A program made the position numbers and the translations under genes. A stretch of 64,000 nucleotides of DNA. Origin: Perna viridis. Lineage: Eukaryota. The number at the start of each line of letters is the position of its first letter. The first letter of the stretch is position 1. A model generated the notes under the pieces. That model did no database searches and was not told the origin of the DNA. It was given only the letters and a program-made list of their open reading frames with translations. Of the stretch, positions 1-12,200 are shown in pieces. The DNA lies in assembly GCA_037379345.1 (NCBI GenBank), contig CM074518.1:2790001-2854000 (forward strand). Reading direction: 5' to 3'.

Positions 1-48
1 TATTGATCAAAACAGCTAGCTTTTCTGAATTTATCTTCCATGTTTTAG

Positions 49-292
49 GAAGTTCTTGATGGTGATGCATGTGACCTGATTGCTAAAGTTGCTGGTACAG
101 AACCCATTGATATTGTTTGGTCAAAGGATGGAGAGACACTAAAGAGCACTAAGGATTGTAACATCACTTTTGATAAAGGCACATGTCGTCTCTACATCCC
201 TGAGGTCTACCCCGACGATGCTGGCATGTATCAGATTGATTTAGAAAATGAGTTTGGAAAAGCCATGTCACAAGCTCAACTCTCAGTTACAG
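49..292 (+). CDS. unc-22: Twitchin exon, I-set Ig domain (probably Ig6)
   Basis: [28 protein letters not shown]...[26 protein letters not shown]; tttag/ and /gtaaat. Confidence 0.92.
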
Positions 293-3200
293 GTAAATTT
301 ATGAAAAAAAACTAATTCATTGTTTTAGAAAGCTTTCAAAATTTTTAACCTATAGTCCCAATCAAATGTGCAAAACAGAAAATGATTTGTGTGGTGGTGA
401 TGACTAAAGATCTGAACTGGCACCTGCACCACGAAACTTGAAATAATGATTTGTGTGGTGGTGATGACTAAAGATCTGAACTGGCACCTGCACCACGAAA
501 CTTGAAATAATGATTTGTGTGGTGGTGATGACTAAAGATCTGAACTGGCACCTGCACCACGAAACTTGAAATAATGATTTGTGTGGTGGTGATGACTAAA
601 GATCTGAACTGGCACCTGCACCACGAAACTTGAAATAATGATTTGTGTGGTGGTGATGACTAAAGATCTGAACTGGCACCTGCACCACGAAACTTGAAAT
701 AATGATTTGTGTGGTGGTGATGACTAAAGATCTGAACTGGCACCTGCACCACGAAACTTGAAATAATGATTTGTGTGGTGGTGATGACTAAAGATCTGAA
801 CTGGCACCTGCACCACGAAACTTGAAATAATGATTTGTGTGGTGGTGATGACTAAAGATCTGAACTGGCACCTGCACCACGAAACTTGAAATAATGATTT
901 GTGTGGTGGTGATGACTAAAGATCTGAACTGGCACCTGCACCACGAAACTTGAAATAATGATTTGTGTGGTGGTGATGACTAAAGATCTGAACTGGCACC
1001 TGCACCACGAAACTTGAAATAATGATTTGTGTGGTGGTGATGACTAAAGATCTGAACTGGCACCTGCACCACGAAACTTGAAATAATGATTTGTGTGGTG
1101 GTGATGACTAAAGATCTGAACTGGCACCTGCACCACGAAACTTGAAATAATGATTTGTGTGGTGGTGATGACTAAAGATCTGAACTGGCACCTGCACCAC
1201 GAAACTTGAAATAATGATTTGTGTGGTGGTGATGACTAAAGATCTGAACTGGCACCTGCACCACGAAACTTGAAATAATGATTTGTGTGGTGGTGATGAC
1301 TAAAGATCTGAACTGGCACCTGCACCACGAAACTTGAAATAATGATTTGTGTGGTGGTGATGACTAAAGATCTGAACTGGCACCTGCACCACGAAACTTG
1401 AAATAATGATTTGTGTGGTGGTGATGACTAAAGATCTGAACTGGCACCTGCACCACGAAACTTGAAATAATGATTTGTGTGGTGGTGATGACTAAAGATC
1501 TGAACTGGCACCTGCACCACGAAACTTGAAATAATGATGTGTGTGGTGACAATGACTAAAGATCTGAACTGGCACCTGCACCACGAAACTTGAAATAATG
1601 ATGTATGTGGTGACAATGACTAAAGATCTGAACTGGCACCTGCACCACGAAACTTGAAATAATGATGTGTGTGGTGACAATGACTAAAGATCTGAACTGG
1701 CACCTGCACCACGAAACTTGAAATAATGATGTGTGTGGTGACAATGACTAAATATCTGAACTGGTACTTGCACCACAAAACTTGAAATAATGATGTGTGT
1801 GGTGATGATAACTAAAGGTCTGAACTGACACCACAAAACTTGAAATAATTACTTTGGTCTTTGTGTTTTCTGAACTGTTTGTGAGATCAGAAAGTCCCAA
1901 GACTTTGATTGGAGTTACCATGGAAATTAAGAATAATCTCAGACATAAGTAGTCTTGAAGTTTTGTGGAACTGAGTCAGTAAAGGTATACAAATCTTTTA
2001 GTTTCTGTATAAAATTGACTCTACATACATTTTTCATATGAAATTTTTAAGAAATGAAATTTTTTTTCCGAATGATTTCACTTACTAATCATTATTTTGC
2101 CCACTTTTGTTTGAGTCTATAGAATCTTTTCATGTAATGAAGAATAATACAATGTTATACATCAATATCTATCAATAGTAATGATTATGTAAATTGCTTG
2201 CAGAGAATCCAGAACTGGAGATGCCAGTGATTACACCCATGTTAGGAGATGATCCAGAAGGAAAAGTCATTGAACAGGTTAAATTTATATGTTGAAATAG
2301 AGGAAAAATTAACATGCACATAAGGCTTACTTAAATGTTAGTCATAGAAATTTTTAACAGCAAATATTCATGAAGGAAATCAACGACTGTCCTCCTACAC
2401 TTTAGTCAGCAGTCACTGTTGTAATTATAGTTCCATCAAATAAGGACAGCATCTACTCCCAAACTAACATCAAATAAGGACAGCATCTACTCCCAAACTA
2501 ACATCAAATAAGGACAGCATCTACTCCTAAACTTACACTTTGAATTATAGAATAAATACTGTTAGTACAAAATTAAAATCATGTTCAGCTATGAATGTCA
2601 GAAAAAGTCCAGTGTAATTGTCCTGTAGAAACAGCCACACTGTCTAAAGCTATGGTTAACTCATCAGTATTAGATTCTGTAACTTTACATGCCAAAGATC
2701 CAATGTAGATTTCATTTATTACTGATTTAACATTATATATAAGCAGAAGATACCAGATGAACCACAAGAGATAAAGCCACCACAGAAAAAGCAGCCAGAG
2801 ATTAAAGTACCTGAAGAGAAACCAGGAAAGAAAGGTACAGTGTGGATTATTTCCCCTGTGTCACAAACACACATCAATATTAACATGAATCTATAATTCA
2901 TTTATTGATTAAACCATGTACACCTATGGGAAGCTGTATACTTAGATTGAAAAAAATATATTATTTTAAATACAAATTGAAGAATTGTAGCTATCCATTG
3001 TTACAAAATTTCAATTTCCTTGTAATGCTGTATGCATAAAAAATTAATATCAATATTACTAGTATTTCTTCTCTTCTCTTTTGGCTTTTAAATGTAGGCT
3101 TTATAATAACAACTGTAAGAATTGAGATTCATGTTACGCCTTATGTTAGCAGAATTAGTGACTGTTAGTTTTAAATATCTCAATCAAATATAGGATAGCG

Positions 3201-6200
3201 TGGAATGTTAGCCAGATTTGACTTGGTGTGTCTCTGATTTTGATATTTATACAACAGTAGATAACTTATTTGAGAATAAATCATGTTCTGCTGACATAAG
3301 TTCTGAGACCAGTACACACTGCCGTTTTTATTTTTAGCACATGATTTTATCTTTATTTTACATTCAGTCTATACCCTTTTTAAGTTCTCTTGAGTTGACA
3401 TATCAAGATATACAAAAAAAGGGGGAGGGGCCAAGATTATTTTTTATTTAATTTCTTTTCATATGTTTAGCTCTGATATGTCTATTCACTGATATCTTTA
3501 TACCACATTGTCTCTGTTTATTATAAATTTAATTATTATTATGTTTTTGCTATATTTAAATTAAGTTTTACCCACTCTTGATGTTGTAATCACAAAAGTA
3601 ATATTCCCTAATATAACTAAGCCACTTCCATATAACATTGGGAAAGACTAGGATGAACTTCAGAAAGGTAGTTTCATGACAATCTAGGAGGAGTGGTAGA
3701 CACTTAGTTGTGATTTGGATGGTTTTGCCATGGAGACATTGCATGGAGTATAGAGATTTCAGCTACATGTATATAGCAATCTGGGTTTCTACTTTGTCTT
3801 ATTCTCCACCTTACATAGAAACTTTCTATGTTTTCTTATTTATACATGCACCTTCTTTTGTTAATCGAAAATTAAACTGAGAAGCCTCATGAGTTTCTCT
3901 CTGAAAATCGAAAAGAATGGAATCTACTGAATTTTTATACTGAAAACTTATGAAACATAATATAACCTACCAATATTGGACATTTAGTTTTTTTTTTGGT
4001 AAAAAACTGAACAAAGATTGGCAAATCTTCACATTCTCATTTTATCTTTCTAAAACATTACTGATTGTTATAGTATTGTTAGTATCTTCTCAGTTTAATT
4101 TGATCTAGATTTCACACTAGGTTATATCTATTCTTTTCTGTTTTAACACATGGCTACATGAAAACAAGTAATAAAATGTCAAGATTGCTAACATCTTTAA
4201 GCGTTTTGGTTTATAAATTTATAATCATTATCCGAATTGGAGAAAAATAAATCATTTTTAATTCAAATGTTAATAATTCCTATTGTTATATAAAGTATCT
4301 ATATTTAGACCACATCATGTTAGCCATGTGTAGTGTTATGATTTTGTTTTTACAGTAGTATATTTAGTTTCTTTTGTCCTTTAATTTTGCTCCTATGATG
4401 AACCACAACAGATGAACCAAAGAAACCACTGATTCCTCCTCCTTCTATTGTCATCGCTGATGAAGATGAAGGTAGGGTCAAAGTTCACAAGGGAAGAATA
4501 TTCCCATCCTTTTGTGCTGGGGAGGTAATCCTGATGTTTAGGATATTGCTGTTGTTACTATGAAAAATAGCTTTGACGTATGAGCCAAATGGAAAGTGTT
4601 TTTTTTTTTTTTGGGGGGGGGAGGGGAATTTGTCCTGATTTTGAATTGAAATAATTACAGGGTGTTTTAATTCATCACTATGTATCCCTGGTTTACTTTA
4701 GAAATGAAGTAAAGTGTTTGAAATTCCAATTAGTTACTTGCTTCTGTAGAAGTCAGAACTCTTTCCACTTTGCTCTTTAGAATCTACAGGAAAACTTTGA
4801 CCCATTTTTTCAGGAACATTCACCAGATATTGACTTTTATACTCATATTTATTTCTATTTAATTCTTTTGCCTTCTTGCCTGCAATAACTGCATGGAGAA
4901 TGACTCAGCTTACATACAATACACAATGCTCATTTATATCTTAATTTGTATCATTAGATTTAAAATCATGATGGATATATCATAAAAATGGTAGGTATGA
5001 ATTATTTAAAAATTAGTTCTGTTCAACATTTGATGCTTTTAACAGATAATGTATTTATTCGTACACCCCCTCGGAAACAAAAGATGTACATAAAACAACC
5101 CACAACTATATTTGAAGAGGCAGGTATGTATTATCTATATTGAATACCAAAATAGTCCACAGCCAGTCAACTAAAAAATTCAGTCATCTATATTTAAGAT
5201 GCATATTTTTTTTTCTAAATGATACATTTCACAAATATATGCTTGCCCTGTGTATTTTAGAAAGTATGTTCAGATTAAAAGTAAATTAAAAGAAAATTAG
5301 ATTATATATATTTGGTTGATATATGCTGTTGACTATTGGCATGTCTCGCTGGGCCTTTGCTGTACAAATGTCTTGCATGATATATGTCCCTAACATTCAT
5401 TATATGTTGTCAAGATTATCATTCAAACATTTCATTCCACCTGAAGTATGATTTTTAGTCAATCTTACTACCTTTTGAAATACTAAAAAAAAACATCCAT
5501 TTTTAAGTAGCAATGCAAAATTGGGTTCTGTGTGTTTAAAATGTCATATTTTTCTTTAAACCCCAGTTGGTAAGGTTTTCTTGATTTGTTAATTTGGTGA
5601 AAATATTTGATTACTTAAAAGAAATGTCTATTTTTTTATCTTGCAGTATATTAACTTTATATCTAGTGTAACTTCAATTTCACATTTTTCATCAACATTT
5701 TGGCATTGTCATGTTTGTTGGGACATGTGTCATGTGACTGTTGTCATAGCAATAACTCACAATTATCACCCTTGCTGTGGTTCAAGTTAATAGAAATTTG
5801 TTTTATAATAGAAGAAATTTTATTTTTAGAGGAACTTTTAGGGTTTCTGTTGTTTCAATAAAACCCATAGTTTTAGATGCTTTTTCAACATTGATTCAGC
5901 TGACCGAATTTTCATCAAGAAAAAAAATTTAATTCAAAGATATAATAATTAAGTGAAGTAAAAATTAATACACACAAATTTAACCTTTAAATAAACTTCT
6001 CCTCTGTACCAAGTCAATTACTTGTGATTTTTGTGTCGTACTTGCTCATTTACTTGAAAATTTCTACATTTAACATAGACAATAGAACTGAAAACGGTGA
6101 CTATGTTTAAAAAATAGCTTGCAAATATAAAGTAAATAGCTTCATGATCTAATATATAGCTTAATGCATCAGATATAAAATATACATGTATATATCATAT

Positions 6201-9200
6201 ATATTTTTAGAATTGCTTTATATAATTAAGCAAAAAACAATTAGCTTAAATATATGTAGATAATTTGTTTGATAAAGACATATGTATAAAATATATCTTG
6301 GTGCATTTATCATATAAGGTATTGTGATGACCAAAGATTGGATTGTTTATATATATTTACACTGCAGAGCTTAATACAAAGTCTTGTTGAGCAATTAAAG
6401 GTTTGAATTCTTCATGTGTTGGCACAACTATTAGTTATATTAAATAAGTCTTTTAGCTAATCATTCAACTTGTCATTACCCCAAGGTATAAATACAAAAT
6501 TAAACAAACCCATTCAAAACATATATAATATTGGTTTCTGTTAATGACCTTCTTAGGTTAGTCAGATTTTGATGAAAATTTGAATGCTGATTCATTTGTT
6601 AAAGCTCATAACTCATTTAACTGCTCAGCTTCATTGTTTTTTTTGGTAGATTATAATACACTAAAGGTAAACAAACATGCTGCAACAATAGAATAGATAC
6701 AAAGTTCAAAGTTAACACCAGTAGTTTTAACAGCCCGAAAAAATAAGAATGGGAATGCCAAATCAATCTTCATGTATAAAAAAGAATAACCAATGCACCA
6801 ACCACTTAGGTGTTGTAAACCTCAGTGTCTTGTAAGTGACATATGGCACTGTAACATTTTAACTGTTTAAGGGTTTATCATAATTTATGATTCTAGACAT
6901 TATATTATAGAAAACATATTTTTGAAATAGTCTTTGCCTTCAGCTTCTTTTGACTTTGAATAACTCTTAATCACTTTTAAAAGCAGTCTCCTTTTTTTTT
7001 TTTTAAATTTCTGATGCAATGAATAGCAGTAAAATTAATATAGGAATTTTTAGAGTTAATTAAGATAAACACACAAGGGTGATAACTGTATTTTTACTGA
7101 TGATTTCTGAAGATGACCCAATTGATGGACATGAGGAGGATTACAATGGCAGACCATCCATACCTCTAATTATCACAAACCATGGTAAGTTAAGTCAGGG
7201 TAGAACATCTTTACCTCTAATCATCATAAACGGTGGTAAGTTAGAAGCAGGCAGTTTTCTCCCTTCTTAACTGAAGAGGTCTTATGATAATTAATCTCAT
7301 TTAGTGGCTACTTCATGATTTTCAAAATAGGCCAAATTATGGTTGCCCTCATAAAAGTTTTAGAGGAAATCTGCTAATTTTTATATGAGAAAACTAGAAG
7401 GAATTTAAAATAGAATCCTGGCGTAGCTAAGGATTATATTTTATTAAATGATTTGAAGAGTTACCAGTATTCCAACATTCTTGGAATATGGTCTGTCAGT
7501 AAGACACTTTTAACTTTATTAATTGTGTCTGTAAGTCTGTATCAGAATACCATGTTAGGGATTTTCTGAGTGGAATGATTATAGTTCGAAATGCACTGTT
7601 AAAAAGGGGAACAATCCTGTGTTCTCTGTTGCCATGGATTTTTTCTTAAATGCACCTGTAGAATACAGTTGCTCCTTTCACATAGTGCTTGTATGGAATA
7701 CAGAGGATATATTTTTTTTTAAATTCATGTAATGTACCATATAGATCACATTATTTATGAAAGAACAAAATACTGCTGTTACACAATATGGTAAGTTGAA
7801 TGATTTAGCTGTTTCCTGCTGTGAGTCACTCATTTGTTCTGATACACCATCATTAAACACATGGCTGCAGCTTAAATCTTCATAACACAACATGCCCTAA
7901 GGTTACTTCTAAGGTCAATTCTTATGAGATCTTCATTTTTTTTCAATTTATTTTGATCACATTTGATTAATTTTAAATTATTTTAACTGAGGACATTGTT
8001 CTTAGGTTGTTAAACTTTGGCATTGTAACAATTTCTCGTTTAATGTTTTTGCTGAGGAAAAAACTGAAAAAGATACTTATAAATGAAGAATATTTGTTCA
8101 TTAAAGTAATAAATCTATATGACATTGATGTTTCTATAGATGTGGAGTATGAAGAAGCAGGTCCTAGGAAGATCTCAGTCAGCAAGAAGAAGGATACACC
8201 TGCAGAGAAGAAAATAGAAGGTCCGACCCATGGACTGGCCAAGAAACCAGAGAATGTTACTATTGTTGAAGGTACTGATTAAAAACAAAGTTAAAAATCA
8301 TTACTTAATTTCAATAAGTACATTTTAGTAGATTTGTCCATAAGTTTGTTTTTTTTCTTAGACTCTATTCAGCAAAGTATTCTAAAGGATCTTATAGTTA
8401 CAGCTATCACATACAAGGTCCCTATTGTATCTCAGTATTACTAGATGAGATATAGAAATGTCTTGGCAGGAGGCAGACAGCTATCACATACAAGGTCCCT
8501 ATTATATCTCAGTATCACTAGATGAGATATAGAAATGTCTTGGCCTGACTTGCAGGAGGCAGACAGCTATCACATACAAGGTCCCTATTGTATCTCAGTA
8601 TCACTAGATGAGATATAGAAATGTCTTGGCCTGACTTGCAGGAGGCAGACAGCTATCACATACAAGGTCCCTATTGTATCTCAGTATCACTAGATGAGAT
8701 ATAGAAATGTCTTGGCCTGACTTGCAGGAGGCAGACAGCTATCACATACAAGGTCCCTATTGTATCTCAGTATCACTAGATGAGATATAGAAATGTCTTG
8801 GCCTGACTTGCAGGAGGCAGACAGCTATCACATACAAGGTCCCTATTGTATCTCAGTATCACTAGATGAGATATAGAAATGTCTTGGCCTGACTTGCAGG
8901 AGGCAGACAGCTATCACATACAAGGTCCCTATTGTATCTCAGTATCACTAGATGAGATATAGAAATGTCTTGGCCTGACTTGCAGGAGGCAGACAGCTAT
9001 CACATACAAGGTCCCTATTGTATCTCAGTATCACTAGATGAGATATAGAAATGTCTTGGCCTGACTTGCAGGAGGCAGACTAGTTCTGTTGTTTTAGATT
9101 TTAAAAGTATGATTCATTTTCCTTCATTAATTGTGTGTAAATTTGCAAGACTGAGAACTTACAGCTGGAAGATTTACTAGCAGTTAAAGTAAGCACATAA

Positions 9201-12200
9201 AATTATGCACATACTTTTGAAAAAAAATAAGTGACTGTGATAACTATATTTTCAGTTTCTTAAAAGTGAGTTTTTGACAAACCCTTACAGATGTAATTAA
9301 GATGGTGTCCATGCAAAAACCAGGCAGTTAGTGACACATACAAATTTTGTTTTCAGAAAATTTTCATCTAAATTTTATCTGAAATGCATCCATCCTCACA
9401 GCTGAATGATGGTTTTTTGATGATTGTTTATGTTATATGATACTAAGATGTGAGTCCAGTTTACAGGTCTATCAGTATAATTTAATTTGAGTTGAAAATG
9501 TACATTAAACATGATTGAACATCCCTATAACACAATACAGGGGAAGATCTTAGAGTAAGCTGTGCACTAGACATCAAAGAAGGCATACCACCACCAAATG
9601 TCAAGTTCTTCCGTGGAAAGCGTGAATTAAAGGATGACACTAGAACTCGTATCATTCACAAAGACAAGGCATCATCGCTTAACATAAATAAAGCCAGATT
9701 TGCTGATGAGTCAAAATATACTGTGATTGTAGAACAGGATGGTGTCAATGTTGACCAAGCAACGTTCAGCGTCTTTGTTAAAGGTTTGTTTCAGCTATTA
9801 GAGATTCACAAGAAGCGCAGCAAGGGGAATTAATCAGCGGCAGGGTACTGCTTTTGAAACCTAAGAGACAACTGCTTTTCATGTGCTAATTACTATTTTT
9901 ATCACTATTTAGGCCCCCTTGCGCCTGGTAAGTGTCAAAAGAAAAATCATTATGGAGATTGTAATATTTGTCTTGAAAGCTGTTCCTTTGCAGGACAAAT
10001 ATTTAAAAATACCATATGATTTGAATGCCTAATTATTTGCTTAGATAAAGGATCTTGCGTAAGAAGGTCTGCGGTATGCTGCTTTAGTTGTAAGGTTGAT
10101 TAGCACTTATAGTATTAAGCGTTTGCATGCTATATGTAGGCCAAACAAAACTATTTGTTATTTTCTCAAAATAAAACTTTAGGGCCTTTATTTTATATTT
10201 TATGGTAGAATTTACTTTTATGCTTTTTTTGATGATCTTTAGTCCTTATTTTGTTTCACTCTGATCAATCAATTTTTTGTATGCAGTTTTTTGTTTGGCC
10301 ATACAATAACAATATTGGCTTAAATTTGAAACAGTTGGTTTATTTGTTAAATGGCTTCATTGTTATCAATTGTTTATAGTAACAAAATTTGATCTAGTTT
10401 TTGTTTGGTCTTTTGTCATAACACTATCTGTTTCGTCCTTCATATTTGTCTGTTTCTAAGCATGTGACTAGCTAAATGTAGATCAGATCAATACGCATGA
10501 AACAGAATTGCTCTTACAGCTGAACTTCAATTACTGTACTTAAACTGTTCACAGCAAACTTTAAATTATTTCCATTTCTCTGCTTTCTATGTAATTATAC
10601 CCCTACCCTCTCTGTGTTATTACAAACTATCATGTGAAATTTCAAAATTCCACACATAACAAAGCCAAATTTGTCAGTTTCCTTGACAATTTGTTTTAAC
10701 CTTTTTTAACTGCCCCTCATTTATGCAGTACCTATGCACCTATATGTCCTCCTCCCCTGCACCAGCCACAGCAAAGCACAGCTCAGCAGCTATCGGGGCA
10801 GCAGCAGCCATCGCAAGCAACTTGGGGAAAGATCAGAGCCGCTAGCTCATTAAAGGCAAGTATAGGGAGATTGGATTCAATGCAAAGTCCAACCTGTAAA
10901 ATAAAGGTCACCTGTCTGTATAAGCTTGGTTTAAAGTGTTCATATTGATGTAAGACTCAAACATGTAAAAATGAGTTTAAATTGTTCATATTGATGTAAG
11001 GCTCAAACCTGTAGAAGTTGACTTTAAAGTGTTCATTTTGATGTAAGACTCAAACCTGTAGAAGTGTGTTTAAAGTGTTCATATTGATGTAAGACTCAAA
11101 CCTGTAGAAGTATGTTTAAAATGTTCAAATTGATGTAAGGCTCAAACCTGTAGAAGTTTGGTTTAGTGTTCATATTGATGTAAGGCTCAAACCTGTAGAA
11201 GTGTGTTTAAAGTGTTCATATTGATGTAAGACTCAAACCTGTAGAAGTATGTTTAAAATGTTCAAATTGATGTAAGACTCAAACCTGTAGAAGTGAGTTT
11301 AAAATGTTCAAATTGATGTAAGGCTCAAACCTGTAGAAGTTTGGTTTAAAGTGTTCATACTGATGTAAGGCTCAAACCTGTAGAAGTTTGGTTTAAAGTG
11401 TTCATATTGATGTAAGGCTCAAACCTGTAGAAGTTCATCCTGATGTAAGACTCAAACCTGTAGAAGTGTGTTTAAAGTGTTCATATTGATGTAAGACTCA
11501 AACCTGTAGAAGTGTGTTTAAAGTGTTCATATTGATGTAAGGCTCAAACCTGTAGAAGTATGTTTAAAATGTTCAAATTAATGTAAGGCTCAAACCTGTA
11601 GAACTTTGGTTTAGTGTTCATATTGATGTAAGGCTCAAACCTGTAGAAGTTGAGTTAAAGTGTTCATCTTGATGTAAGACTCAAACCTGTAGAAGTTTGG
11701 TTTAAAGTGTTCATATTGATGTAAGCTCAAACCTGTAGAAGTGAGTTTTAAAGTGGTCATATTGATGTAAGATTCAAACCTGTAGAAGTGAGTTTTAAAG
11801 TGGTCATATTGATGTAAGCTCAATACTGTAGAAGTGAGTTTTAAAGTGGTCATATTGATGTAAGGCTCAAACCTGTAGAAGTGGGTTTAAAGTGTTCATA
11901 TTGATGTAAGACTTAAACCTGTAGAAGTGGGTTTAAAGTGTTCATATTGATGTAAGGCTCAAACCTGTAGAAGTGGGTTTAAAGTGGTCATATTGATGTA
12001 AGGCTCAAACCTGTGTTAAGTTTTGGTTTTGTTGTATGGTGTCAGCTCAAGGCCACCTTTGGAAGACCTGTGAGCTGCCATTTTTCATTCCAGTGGGGTT
12101 GTTGTCTCATTGACATATTCACCATATCCATTCTCCTTCTATTTAAAGTGTTTGTAATGACATAATGCTCAAACCTGAGATAAATTATGATGAGAAAGGG

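Noticed and set aside
381-1848. CRISPR-like appearance and four 62-aa minus-strand ORFs
   Set aside because: Units are head-to-tail with no unique spacers and no cas genes, in a eukaryotic intron; the ORFs are artefacts of the 64-bp period
6650-6666. 17-nt exon candidate (ttggtag/attataatacactaaag/gtaaac)
   Set aside because: Phase 1 to 0 with no compatible downstream partner before 8140; it would frameshift
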